Source: Candidatus Bipolaricaulota bacterium
GTDB taxonomy: Bacteria > Bipolaricaulota > Bipolaricaulia > UBA7950 > UBA9294
NCBI GenBank assembly: GCA_026390345.1
Contig: JAPLGD010000068.1
Coordinates: 24,078-88,077, forward strand
Reading direction: 5' to 3'
DNA length: 64,000 nucleotides
The position numbers were made by a program, and so were the translations under genes. Each line of letters opens with the position of its first letter. The first letter of the stretch is position 1. Below, piece by piece: positions 27,666 to 37,028 of this stretch. The notes below the pieces were generated by a model that was given only the letters and a program-made list of their open reading frames with translations, did no database searches and was not told where the DNA came from.

Positions 27666-28261
27666 TCGCAGGCCTCGTCCTCGCCGCTGGACTCGGTCAA
27701 CGGATGGGGGCGATCAAGCCGCTCGTCGACGTGGATGGCGTCCCTTCCCTCGGCCGCGTGCTGGCGACCCTCGACGAGTCAGGAATGCAATTCGTCGCCG
27801 TCGTTCTGGGAAACGATGCCGAGCGAATCCGAAGCGAGGTCGACCTCAGAGGGCGGCTGGTCGTCGTGAACCCGTCGCCCGAGCGCGGGATGGCATCCTC
27901 GCTCGCCCTCGGCCTCGCGGCGCTCCCTGCGGACGCGGAGGGAGTCCTCGTCTTCCACGCCGACATGCCGTTCCTTCGATCCACGACCGTCCGCGCCGTC
28001 CTTCTCGCCGCCGCGGAAGCAGAGATCGCGGCTCCGTCTTGGAACGGGGTTCGCGGGTTCCCGGTGTTCTTCCACCGCCGTCAGTGGGAGGAACTGCGTT
28101 CGACCCTCCACGGCGACGCCGGGGGAAAGAGCTTCATCCGCCGGCATCCCGACCGCCTGCAAACAGTCGAGGTCGAGGATCCGGGTTGCGTTCGGGACAT
28201 CGACCGTCCCGACGATCTCACGCCGCAGAAGGAGACCCCGTGCTGCGCTACGTCCGAGTAG
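27662..28261 (+). CDS. mocA: MobA-like NTP transferase, probably molybdenum cofactor cytidylyltransferase (MocA/YgfJ-like)
   Basis: LVLAAGLGQRMG..KPL N-terminal motif. ATGA overlap with the upstream gene. The gene context is the same as E. coli ygfJ-ygfK. Confidence 0.75.
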   Translation: MIAGLVLAAGLGQRMGAIKPLVDVDGVPSLGRVLATLDESGMQFVAVVLGNDAERIRSEVDLRGRLVVVNPSPERGMASSLALGLAALPADAEGVLVFHADMPFLRSTTVRAVLLAAAEAEIAAPSWNGVRGFPVFFHRRQWEELRSTLHGDAGGKSFIRRHPDRLQTVEVEDPGCVRDIDRPDDLTPQKETPCCATSE

Positions 28262-29082
28262 ACACAGAGGCCGAGCTTCTCGACGCCCTCCGCAAGGACG
28301 GCGCCCAGCTTCTGTCCGGGGGAACGGACCTCCTGGTGAAGATGCGCTCCGGGCTCGTCCGGCCAAAGAGCCTCGTCGACCCCGCTGCCGTTGCCGAGCT
28401 TCGCGGGATCGAAACGGCCGGAGGGGCTTTGCGTATCGGCACCGCAACGCCGCTGAGCGAGATCCTGGCCTCGAAGGAGGTTCGAGAGAGAGCTCCACTG
28501 CTCGTCGACGTCCTCCGCGTCCTCGGATGCGTCCAGATCCGCAACCGCGGCACCCTCGGAGGAAACCTTGCGAATGCGTCGCCGGCCGCCGACAGCGCGA
28601 TCCCTCTCTTGCTCTACGAGGCGAACCTCGAGCTGGCCGGAGGTGACGGCGCACGCAACGTCCCCGTCGGTGGATTCTTCCTCGGACCCGGACGCACGGT
28701 CCTCCAGCACGGCGAGTACATCCGCGCCGTCCGCATCCCCGCCTCGCGGCAGAACTGGATCCCGTTCTTCCACAAGGTGGGCCGCCGGCGCGCTTTGACG
28801 ATCGCCATCGCCAGCATCGGGGGTCTCGCCGCCGTCTCGCAGGGAAGAGCCACCGAAGTCCGCCTCGCGGCCGGGTCGGTGGCACCGATTCCGCTCCGCC
28901 TCAAGTCCGCCGAGGAGTGGCTCGCCGGGCGCGCTCTCGACCGGGAGACGATCCAACACGCCGGGGCGCTAGCCGCCGGCGAGGTCTCCCCGATCGACGA
29001 CGTCCGGGCCACTGCCGCCTACCGACGCGCCGTCACCGGCGACCTCGTCGTGCGCTTCCTCGAGGGCGCCGCAGCCGCCTAG
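28240..29082 (+). CDS. FAD-binding molybdopterin dehydrogenase subunit (YgfM/XdhB-like)
   Basis: LLSGGTDLLVKM and TLGGNLANASPAAD motifs. A GTG at 28240 is preceded by AGGAG and overlaps mocA by 22 nt. The tracked ORF start is upstream read-through. Confidence 0.8.
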   Translation: MLRYVRVDTEAELLDALRKDGAQLLSGGTDLLVKMRSGLVRPKSLVDPAAVAELRGIETAGGALRIGTATPLSEILASKEVRERAPLLVDVLRVLGCVQIRNRGTLGGNLANASPAADSAIPLLLYEANLELAGGDGARNVPVGGFFLGPGRTVLQHGEYIRAVRIPASRQNWIPFFHKVGRRRALTIAIASIGGLAAVSQGRATEVRLAAGSVAPIPLRLKSAEEWLAGRALDRETIQHAGALAAGEVSPIDDVRATAAYRRAVTGDLVVRFLEGAAAA

Positions 29083-29149
29083 ACGCGGGCTCCCCCCTTC
29101 TCTTCCCGTCGCCTCCCGGCTATCCTGGCAGGAAGAAAGGGAGGTCGCC

Positions 29150-29527
29150 ATGTTCAAGCGCCGGCTCGGTCTTGCGCTCGGAGTCCTGAGCTGTCTTCTG
29201 CTCGCCGGATGCGAGTTCTTCCAGCAGCCGCCCGTCGCGTCGTTCGTCGTCCACTACAGCGTTGTCAGCACCGACCCGATGGTCGTCGACCTCGACGCGT
29301 CCGCCTCGTCTGATCCGAACGGAGATGTGATCACGGCGTACATGTGGACGTTCGGAGACGACGTCACGATCCTGACTCCGCTGGATACGACGAAAACCGT
29401 GACGGTCCCTGTGCTACGCGTGCGCTATCCTCTCGAGGGTGCGTACCCCGTCCAACTCTTAGTACGGAACGAGTTGGGCGAGACGTCAGCGATCGTCTCA
29501 GGAACCGTAACGCTCCCGCACGAGTGA
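29150..29527 (+). CDS. Lipoprotein with a single PKD domain
   Basis: Signal peptide with an LLAGC lipobox. LDASASSDPNGDVITAYMWTFGD PKD signature. ATG after GGGAGG. Confidence 0.7.
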   Translation: MFKRRLGLALGVLSCLLLAGCEFFQQPPVASFVVHYSVVSTDPMVVDLDASASSDPNGDVITAYMWTFGDDVTILTPLDTTKTVTVPVLRVRYPLEGAYPVQLLVRNELGETSAIVSGTVTLPHE

Positions 29528-29552
29528 CCCGGCCGAGCAACCTGCGCGGGCG

Positions 29553-29981
29553 TTAGGCATCCGGAATGAACCGCTTCGCGTGGTAGATGATGTCGGGGCA
29601 GCGCTTGTAGCCAAGCCCGACGAACGCGGCCTGGGAGATCTCGTTCTCCTCTTCGATCAGGCAGGCGACGATGACGATGCCGAGCTGGCGGAGGCGCGCC
29701 TCAACCTCTCCGACGAGCGCTTTGGCAAGGCCCCGTCGACGGCAATCGGGAGCGACGGCAAGGCGGTTGATCCAGCCTTTTCGGCCGTCGTGGGTGCCGA
29801 AGACGACGCCCGCGATCCGCCCCTCCTCTTCCGCGACGAGGAAGAGCGCCCGGTTGTCTTCAATCTCCCGGGCGACCGACTCCCGTCGGTCCCTCCCCTC
29901 GGCGCGGACGGGGAGCCCCGCCTCGATCCAGAGAGCAATCACGGCGTCGTAGTCCTCGATCTGGAAGTCACGAATGCGCAC
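29553..29981 (-). CDS. GNAT-family N-acetyltransferase
   Basis: RIAGVVFG...RRRGLAKAL acetyl-CoA-binding motif. Confidence 0.85.
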   Translation of the reverse strand: MRIRDFQIEDYDAVIALWIEAGLPVRAEGRDRRESVAREIEDNRALFLVAEEEGRIAGVVFGTHDGRKGWINRLAVAPDCRRRGLAKALVGEVEARLRQLGIVIVACLIEEENEISQAAFVGLGYKRCPDIIYHAKRFIPDA

Positions 29982-30124
29982 GGATCCTCCTTGCGTGGCG
30001 CAGAGCGTACCGCGGGTGCGGCCTCCGTCAACCCCCGCGTCCGGCCGCGAGCGGACACGCCTCCCCGCGAAGCGGGCCGTTCGCCGCCCTTCCCTCGCCG
30101 GGGGAGCATACGATCCGGGCGAGA

Positions 30125-30727
30125 ATGATGAACAGGGGATCTGTCTGCAGTGTGCTCTTGATCGGCCTCGTGGTCGCGTGCGCGAGTAGCGCTGCCGGCG
30201 CGCTCGGACCTGCGCTCGCGTCGATCGGGTTCGGCGTCAGCGTTCCGTACGAACTCCCCGTCGACTGGGCCGCGTCGTTCTCGTTCGTCACGCTCGAGCT
30301 CCTGCTGTCCCCGCACCTCACAACGATGTTCGACCTCGGCACGTACCCGGCAACCTTCCCCGACATCTTCGAGGTCGGTGCGTCCCTCCTCGTCAAGGGC
30401 TGGGTAGGGCCGACGGACGTGTTCGGCGGAGGCGGCATCACGACCCAGTGGACCCGGGTCGGCTCGGCGTGGTCGATTCGGCCGCTCTGGAACCTACGGG
30501 CCGGCTACCAGATCTGGCTCGCGGAGGCCGCGGCGATCCAGCTTCAGTTTCGGGCACTCGAACCCCTCTACCTGAGCGACTGGACGTTCTCCCCGGAGAT
30601 CGCGCTCGGGTTCTGCGTTGGGCTGGGCAGCGCCCGTCCGGCGTCACCCCAGTTCGATCTGGCCTACCTCTGGCTCATCGTCGGACTCGGCGTCGCCGCG
30701 CTCCTTGCCTTTCTGCCGCGACAGTAG
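30125..30727 (+). CDS. Hypothetical secreted protein with a signal peptide (possible lipobox VVAC), alternating beta-strand patterns and a C-terminal hydrophobic helix
   Basis: ATG at 30125. GC3-rich. No recognisable family. Confidence 0.5.
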   Translation: MMNRGSVCSVLLIGLVVACASSAAGALGPALASIGFGVSVPYELPVDWAASFSFVTLELLLSPHLTTMFDLGTYPATFPDIFEVGASLLVKGWVGPTDVFGGGGITTQWTRVGSAWSIRPLWNLRAGYQIWLAEAAAIQLQFRALEPLYLSDWTFSPEIALGFCVGLGSARPASPQFDLAYLWLIVGLGVAALLAFLPRQ

Positions 30728-30765
30728 GGCGCGGCCGCGGACCGTGAGCGGGAGAACCACTCGCC

Positions 30766-30794
30766 TTCACTGACTGGGACTGTTGTGCTATACT
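30766..30794 (+). promoter_or_regulatory. Candidate promoter (TTCACT, 17 nt spacer, TATACT) upstream of the sigma factor gene
   Basis: Hexamers were read from the sequence. They would give a 5' UTR of about 135 nt. Confidence 0.3.
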
Positions 30795-30936
30795 TGGGCA
30801 CGAGATTGACCCTTACTGAGGGGAAGAAGAAGCATCGCAGGTAGGAGCGCATACGCGAAGCCTGATCGGAGGCCGTTGGGGCCGTCCGGTTTCATTTCGA
30901 TAGCACCCCCACTTGGCATGCTGGCCAGGAGGAGCC

Positions 30937-31881
30937 ATGAAAGAGCCAAGGGCAACGATCAGCTTGAGCAAGAACTTGAGCACGAAGGCCAATGACGATC
31001 ACGACATTGACCTGATGGAAGATCGTCCCTCTCATGCAGACAACCCGATTCGCACCTACTTCGGAGAGATCAGCCGAGTCCCGCTGCTCACGCGCGAGGA
31101 CGAGGTACGGCTCGCGAAGCGCATCGAGGCCGGAGACCAGCGGGCCCGCGAGGAGCTCGCCGAGGCCAACCTCCGCCTCGTCGTGTCCATTGCCAAGAAG
31201 TACCGCGGCTGCGGGCTTCCGTTCCTCGACTTAATCCAGGAGGGAAACCTCGGCCTGATGAAGGCGATCGAGAAGTTCGACTACACCAAGGGGTATAAGT
31301 TCTCGACCTACGCCACGTGGTGGATCCGGCAAGCAATCCTGCGTGCGATCACGAACCGATCGCGCACGATCCGCGTGCCAACCCACATCAACGAGCTGAT
31401 CCGCAAGATCTACCAAGTGGAGCGGAACTTCCTCAAGGAGAACGGCGAACTGCCGACTCCGGAGAACCTCGCGCGCGCCCTCGAGACCACGGTCGACAAC
31501 ATCATCAAGGCCAAAAAGACGGCGCAGAGCATGACGTCGCTCGACACCCCGATTGGGTACGACGACGACGGGTCCGTGCTCGGCGACTTCATTGAGGATG
31601 CGACCGTCGAGTCCCCCGAGCGCGAGACTTTCGAGCACCTCTTGGTTGAGGAGCTCGAGCGGGCCCTCGACGAGCGGCTTACCGACCGCGAGAAGAGGAT
31701 CCTGGAACTGCGCTACGGGCTCAACGACTACCAGCCGAAGACGCTCGATGAGGTGGGGATCGAGTTCGGAATCAGCCGCGAGCGCGTGCGTCAGATCCAG
31801 AAGGAAGCCCTGGCGAAGCTTCAGGACTCGGACCTCAAGCAGCGTCTCGAGTGGTTCAAGCTTCTGTCGGAGGCGGCGTAG
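30937..31881 (+). CDS. RNA polymerase sigma-70 family factor (RpoD/SigA-like regions 1.2-4, 314 aa)
   Basis: [26 protein letters not shown] and a region 4 HTH. ATG at 30937 is preceded by AGGAGGAG. Confidence 0.85.
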   Translation: MKEPRATISLSKNLSTKANDDHDIDLMEDRPSHADNPIRTYFGEISRVPLLTREDEVRLAKRIEAGDQRAREELAEANLRLVVSIAKKYRGCGLPFLDLIQEGNLGLMKAIEKFDYTKGYKFSTYATWWIRQAILRAITNRSRTIRVPTHINELIRKIYQVERNFLKENGELPTPENLARALETTVDNIIKAKKTAQSMTSLDTPIGYDDDGSVLGDFIEDATVESPERETFEHLLVEELERALDERLTDREKRILELRYGLNDYQPKTLDEVGIEFGISRERVRQIQKEALAKLQDSDLKQRLEWFKLLSEAA

Positions 31882-34147
31882 CGGACGACGCGCCGTCTCC
31901 GAGTTCTTCCCGGTAGTCGCATTCCTTCGACGTGCAGCGAAGCTCCCCCTGTTTCTCGACGACAAGGCCGGTCCCACACGACGGACACGCCCTGACCGGG
32001 CGGTCGCTCACCGCAAAGCGGCACTTCGGGTAGCGGTTGCAGCTGTAGAACGCCCTCCGCCGCTTCGTCGAGTATTTCTCGATGAGCGTTCCTTCTCCGC
32101 ACTCCGGACACGCCACGCCCGTGGACACCGGCGCCGTCTCGGCGCAGTCGGCGCTCGTGCACCGGTAGTACCGCCCGTAGCGACCGGAGCGGAGCTCCAT
32201 ATCGCCACCGCACTTCGGGCACTCGACCGTCTCGATCACCGTGGCCGCGGCCTTCTCGAGTGCGTCCTTGGCCTTCACGCCGCTTGAGGTGTAGACGACC
32301 TCGAGGTTCGGGGGAACGTTGACGGTGCTCTTGCACTCGGGGTACCGCGAGCAGCCGAGGAAGTGGGTCCCCTTCCAGTAGCGAAGCTCCATCGGCGCGC
32401 CGCAGATGTCGCACAAGACGTCGGACGGGACCTGGAACGGGCGCTCTTCGCCGTCCTCGAGCTGCTTCTCAAGCGCCCCGAGGCGGGTTGAGAAAGGCCC
32501 GTAGAACTCATTCAGGGCGTCGACCCGCGACATCTGCCCTTCCTCGATCCGGTCGAGGTCCTCCTCCAAGTGGGCGGTGAAGTGGGGCTCCACGGTCTCG
32601 GCGAAGAAGCGATTCAGGAAATCCACGACCATCTGCCCGAGGAGCGTAGGGCGGAGGCTGCCGCCGTCCTTGATCGCGTACCCGCGCTCTTGGATCACGG
32701 AGACGATCGACGCGTAGGTACTCGGTCGGCCGATCCCCTCCTTCTCCAACAGATTCACGAGCCCGGCCTCGCTGTACCGCCGCGGTGGCTCCGTGTGCTT
32801 TTGCCGCTTCGCCACGGAAAGCAACTCAAGGGCCTTCCCCTTCCGAAGGTCCGGCGGGTATGGGGTCTCCTTGTCGCGCCGGTCGGGGAGGACGCGCAGG
32901 AATCCGTCGAACTCAAGCCGGCTCGCCGTCGCCTGCAGGGTAAACTCCCCCGCCGTGACGGTCAGCGTGCGCTGGCGGAACACCGACGGAGTCATCTGCG
33001 TAGCGAGGAACCTCCCGTAAATCAGTCGGTACAGCTTCAGCTGGTCCGCCGTGAGGTACGACGAGATCGCCTCGGGGGATCGCCCCACGTCGGTCGGGCG
33101 GATCGCCTCGTGCGCGTCCTGAGACCGCCGCTTGTTCTCGAACGTACGCACCTTGGGGGCGAGGTACTTCGGGCCGAACGTCTTCTCGATCTCCTCGCGC
33201 GCCGCCGTGACCGCCTCGTCGGAGAGGCGAACCGAGTCGGTTCGCATGTACGTAATCAGTCCCTCGTTCCCCTCAGGCAGGCTGATTCCCTCGTACAGCT
33301 CCTGGGCCACGCTCATCGTCCGCTTCGGCGAGAACCCGAGGAACGAGGACGCCGCCTGCTGAAGCGAGCTCGTGATAAACGGCGCAGCGGGGTTGCGGAG
33401 TCGGTCCTTCTCCTCGACGGAGGCGACGACCGCCTTGGCCTTCTTGAGTGCCTTCTCGACCGCGTCCGCCTCGGCCTGCGACCGCACCGTCAGCTTCTCG
33501 TCCCCGCGGTGCGTCACCGACGCGGTAAACATCTCGCCGTTCCCGAGCTCCGCGTCGATCTCCCAATACTCCTCCGGCACGAACTCGGCGATCTCGGCCT
33601 CGCGGTCGCAGAGGAATCTCAGCGCCACCGACTGGACGCGCCCGGCCGACAGCCCGGCGAACCGACTTCCCGCGAGGATCCTCGAAAGCAGCGGGCTCAC
33701 CATGTACCCCATGAGCCGATCGAGAATGCGCCGAGTGCGTTGGGCCTCGACCTTGTCGAGGTCGATCGCCTCCGGCTTGGCGAGTGCCGCCTGGATCACC
33801 GGCTTCGTGATCTCGTTGAAGATGGGTCGGGAGAACGCCTTCTCATCCTTCACGACCCGGTTCAGGATCGTGAACAGGTCGTAGGCGATCGCCTCTCCCT
33901 CCCGGTCGTGGTCGGTTGCGAGGTACACCTTGTCGACGCCCTCGGCCGCCTTGCGCAGCTCCGTCAGAAGCTTCGTCCGTTTCGTCTCGAACTTCGGCTC
34001 GAATCCGTTCTCGATGTCGACGCCGAGGTCGTTCTGCGGGAGGTCTCGCACGTGACCCTGCGACGACAGCACGCGGTACTCCTTCCCAAGGTACTGGCCG
34101 ATCGTGCGTGCTTTGGTCGGCGATTCGACGATGATCAGCTTCTTCAA
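31856..34147 (-). CDS. topA: DNA topoisomerase I with four C-terminal zinc ribbons
   Basis: [15 protein letters not shown] Toprim start, and repeated CxxC...CxxC zinc ribbons. A TTG at 34147 is preceded by AAGGAG. The upstream 305 codons of the tracked ORF are read-through. Confidence 0.85.
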   Translation of the reverse strand: MKKLIIVESPTKARTIGQYLGKEYRVLSSQGHVRDLPQNDLGVDIENGFEPKFETKRTKLLTELRKAAEGVDKVYLATDHDREGEAIAYDLFTILNRVVKDEKAFSRPIFNEITKPVIQAALAKPEAIDLDKVEAQRTRRILDRLMGYMVSPLLSRILAGSRFAGLSAGRVQSVALRFLCDREAEIAEFVPEEYWEIDAELGNGEMFTASVTHRGDEKLTVRSQAEADAVEKALKKAKAVVASVEEKDRLRNPAAPFITSSLQQAASSFLGFSPKRTMSVAQELYEGISLPEGNEGLITYMRTDSVRLSDEAVTAAREEIEKTFGPKYLAPKVRTFENKRRSQDAHEAIRPTDVGRSPEAISSYLTADQLKLYRLIYGRFLATQMTPSVFRQRTLTVTAGEFTLQATASRLEFDGFLRVLPDRRDKETPYPPDLRKGKALELLSVAKRQKHTEPPRRYSEAGLVNLLEKEGIGRPSTYASIVSVIQERGYAIKDGGSLRPTLLGQMVVDFLNRFFAETVEPHFTAHLEEDLDRIEEGQMSRVDALNEFYGPFSTRLGALEKQLEDGEERPFQVPSDVLCDICGAPMELRYWKGTHFLGCSRYPECKSTVNVPPNLEVVYTSSGVKAKDALEKAAATVIETVECPKCGGDMELRSGRYGRYYRCTSADCAETAPVSTGVACPECGEGTLIEKYSTKRRRAFYSCNRYPKCRFAVSDRPVRACPSCGTGLVVEKQGELRCTSKECDYREELGDGASSATPPPTEA

Positions 34148-34255
34148 TTCCCCAGGCTCCTTTCGAGTCGGCCCATTATACCGGCCGCCCCCGCCGTGTC
34201 GAGGGTCACGCGGCCCGAGCCTGTCGCCCTCTCCGGCGCGTTGTATCATGCGGTC

Positions 34256-35581
34256 GTGAGCGAGAGGAGCATTCGGCACGTCGTCGTTGAGGGACTTCCG
34301 GCCGTCGGCAAGACGGAAATCCTCGCTCTTTTGGCGCGCTTCTACCCCCAGTCGGTGCGCGTCCTCCCTGAGCTCGTGAAGGAGGTCGTCGAAGCGGAGG
34401 GAATTGACCTCTTCCGCGAGCGCGAACGGCTGACGGATGCTCTGCGCCGCGCGGGCCCCGAACGCGCGCGCCGCATTCGCGAGATCCTGTCGGCCGACCA
34501 CCTGTGCTTGGAGGAGTCTCACCTGGGCGTGCACTGCGCGTACTCTCAGGCGCTCGGAGACTCCTCGTTCCTGCGCGCCTACGAAGATCTCGCGGCGCGC
34601 CTTCCCGAGCCGGACCTCTACCTCCGCCTGGATCTTCCAATCGCGGAGTCGATCGCGCGGCAGGCCGCGCGCGGTACGCCCCAGTACGCGATCGACGCTT
34701 CGAGGCTCAGGCAATTCCTGGACGAGCTGACGGCCTGGCATGACGCGCGCCGCACGCGGCTCGTCACGATCGACGCGGATCGCCCCGCTGCCGTCGTCGT
34801 CGAAGCCGTCGAGCGCGCCCTCGGCCTCGACTACGCCCTGGACTGCGCTTCCGGCGAGCCGACCTTCGGCGTCCTCCTTCTCTTGGGCCGCCCCGCGAGC
34901 GGGAAGAGCGAATTCATCGACTTCATGTCCCGACTCCCGGCCGACGAGCGGGCCGCGTGCCACCACCTTGGACCCCTCGAGGTCATCGACGACTTCCCCA
35001 TTCTGTGGCGGAAGTTCGAAGAGGACGACGCGTGGGAGCGGCTCGGCCGCCCGCGACTCCACTCGAGGCGCGCGGACGACAACTACGCCGTCACCGACGA
35101 CGCCATCTGGGAGTTCCTAATCGACCGAATCGACGCAGCCGCCCGGGAAAGGCTAGCGCGCGGAGCCGGCTCGGCCGGAACCCTCCTGATCGAGTTCTCG
35201 CGCGGCGGGGCGCGAGGCTACGCGGACGCCTTCGCCGCGCTGTCGGACGACCTCCTGTCGAGGGCCGCCGTGCTCTACGTCTCGGTGTCCTTCGAGGAGT
35301 CGTGGCGACGGAACCTCGCCCGCTACGATGAGAACCGGCGGAGCGGCATCCTGACCCATTCCGTCCCGCGAGAGGAAATGGAGCGTACATACGGCGCCGA
35401 CGACTGGACGCGCCTCGCTCCCCACGAGTCCGGCCTCCTCGACGTCCGGGGTCTCCGGATCCCCTACGTGACCATGGGAAACGAGCCTGAGTCCACCGAT
35501 CCCCGCGTCCTCGGCCCCCGCTACGGACGCGCGCTCGGGCTTCTTTTCGCCCTCTGGGAGCGTCGACGAGCGCCGCGCTAG
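34256..35581 (+). CDS. Fusion of two P-loop kinase-like domains (N-terminal deoxynucleoside-kinase-like; C-terminal AAA_33/polynucleotide-kinase-like)
   Basis: GLPAVGKTE Walker A with a DLYLRLDLPIAESIARQAARG lid-like segment, then a second Walker A LLLGRPASGKSE. The GTG start at 34256 is uncertain; a TTG at 34241 is an alternative. The 5' part of the tracked ORF is antisense to topA. Confidence 0.6.
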   Translation: MSERSIRHVVVEGLPAVGKTEILALLARFYPQSVRVLPELVKEVVEAEGIDLFRERERLTDALRRAGPERARRIREILSADHLCLEESHLGVHCAYSQALGDSSFLRAYEDLAARLPEPDLYLRLDLPIAESIARQAARGTPQYAIDASRLRQFLDELTAWHDARRTRLVTIDADRPAAVVVEAVERALGLDYALDCASGEPTFGVLLLLGRPASGKSEFIDFMSRLPADERAACHHLGPLEVIDDFPILWRKFEEDDAWERLGRPRLHSRRADDNYAVTDDAIWEFLIDRIDAAARERLARGAGSAGTLLIEFSRGGARGYADAFAALSDDLLSRAAVLYVSVSFEESWRRNLARYDENRRSGILTHSVPREEMERTYGADDWTRLAPHESGLLDVRGLRIPYVTMGNEPESTDPRVLGPRYGRALGLLFALWERRRAPR

Positions 35582-36651
35582 GGAAGCACGTCGGTGAAGA
35601 CGCGCAGGAAGTTGCCGTGACAGACCTTGTCGATCTGCCGGTCGGAGAGCCCGGCGGCTCGGAAGAGCGGCACGAGCTTCGGGTAGTCGGCGACCGTCTC
35701 GATGCCGACGGGTAGCTGCTCGATCCCGTCGAGATCTCCTCCCAGCCCCACAACATCCTCTCCGCCGACTCGCATCGCGTGCAGAACGTGCGCCACAACC
35801 GAATCGAGGCCAGGGGCGGGAATCGCCGCTCTCTTGGCGGCGTAGTCGGCCGTCTCGGCGGGCGAGAGCGGCCGCGGCGTGCCTCCGCCCCGCACCGAAG
35901 CCCACGCCGCGGCGTACCCGGCGTCGAGGAAGTGCGGCGCAAGGTTGATTCCCATCACGCCGCCGCGGTTGGCAAGTCTCCGAATCATCGGGTCAGTTAG
36001 GTTTCGCGGGTGTAGGCACACGGCGCGGCAGTTCGAGTGGCTCGCGATGAACGGGCGGCGGCTCCTCTCACAGACATCGTCGAAGGCGCGGTCGGAGAGG
36101 TGGGAGACGTCGACCATGACCCGAAGCTCCTCGGAGAGCCCCAGGAGGCGCTCGCCCTCACGAGAGAGCGGCGCGTTCGAGCCAAACGCCGTGCCGCTGA
36201 ACGCATTGTCCTTCCACGCGAAGATGACCTGCCGAACTCCGCGATCGACGAACCTCCGCAGATTCTCCGCGCGGCCCTCGAGCGGGTCTGCGCCCTCGAG
36301 CCCCATGACAGCGGAGATCGGCCCCCCGTCGAGCGATCGTTTGAGGTCGGCGGCCGTGCGTGCGACCGTCATCCGGCCACCGGACTCCGCCGCCATGGCC
36401 GCGACTGCCTCGACCATGGCCCAGCCGCGCTCGACGTACACCCCGCTCGGCCAATTGGGGTAGACCACGCAGCAGGCGAATGCCTGCACGCGGACGTTCG
36501 CCGAGACAAGCCTCGGAAGCGAGACGTGCGCCGGGCTCGCCGCGGACTGGAAGTCAGCCCCCTCGTCGATCGACTTCATCACGGCGTCGCAGTGCGCGTC
36601 GAAGAAGGCCTGAGCAAGCACGTCGCGCGGCGCGGCCGTCGCGCGCGTCAT
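35578..36651 (-). CDS. Membrane dipeptidase (peptidase M19 family)
   Basis: FFDAHCD start motif. The internal ATG at 36651 forms an ATGA overlap with the ridA stop. Confidence 0.85.
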   Translation of the reverse strand: MTRATAAPRDVLAQAFFDAHCDAVMKSIDEGADFQSAASPAHVSLPRLVSANVRVQAFACCVVYPNWPSGVYVERGWAMVEAVAAMAAESGGRMTVARTAADLKRSLDGGPISAVMGLEGADPLEGRAENLRRFVDRGVRQVIFAWKDNAFSGTAFGSNAPLSREGERLLGLSEELRVMVDVSHLSDRAFDDVCERSRRPFIASHSNCRAVCLHPRNLTDPMIRRLANRGGVMGINLAPHFLDAGYAAAWASVRGGGTPRPLSPAETADYAAKRAAIPAPGLDSVVAHVLHAMRVGGEDVVGLGGDLDGIEQLPVGIETVADYPKLVPLFRAAGLSDRQIDKVCHGNFLRVFTDVLP

Positions 36652-37028
36652 GGGACGAGGGCGACCGCCTCGATCTCGAGCGGAGCGTCGAGCGGAAGCC
36701 GGACGACCTGGATGGCCGACCGAGCGGGGAACGGCTCCTTGAACCGCTCCGCGTAGACCTGGTTCACGGCTGCGAAGTCGCCCATGTTCGTGAGGAACAC
36801 CGTCACCTTGACGACGTCGGCCATCGACGCGCCTCCGGCGACCAGAATGCTCTCTACGTTTGAGAGCGCCTGTCGGGCCGCGCTCTCGATGTCGCCCCGA
36901 ACCATCTCTCCGGCCGGCGTGAGCGGGATCTGACCCGACGTGAACAGGAACTGGCCGGCTCGGATCCCCTGCGAGTACGGTCCGACGGCGCCGGGCGCCT
37001 TGTCGGTGCGAATCACCTGCTTCTTCAC
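36648..37028 (-). CDS. ridA: RidA/YjgF-family reactive intermediate deaminase
   Basis: [12 protein letters not shown]...GQIPL and a C-terminal [12 protein letters not shown]. The GTG at 37028 forms a GTGA overlap with the kbl stop. Confidence 0.85.
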   Translation of the reverse strand: MKKQVIRTDKAPGAVGPYSQGIRAGQFLFTSGQIPLTPAGEMVRGDIESAARQALSNVESILVAGGASMADVVKVTVFLTNMGDFAAVNQVYAERFKEPFPARSAIQVVRLPLDAPLEIEAVALVP

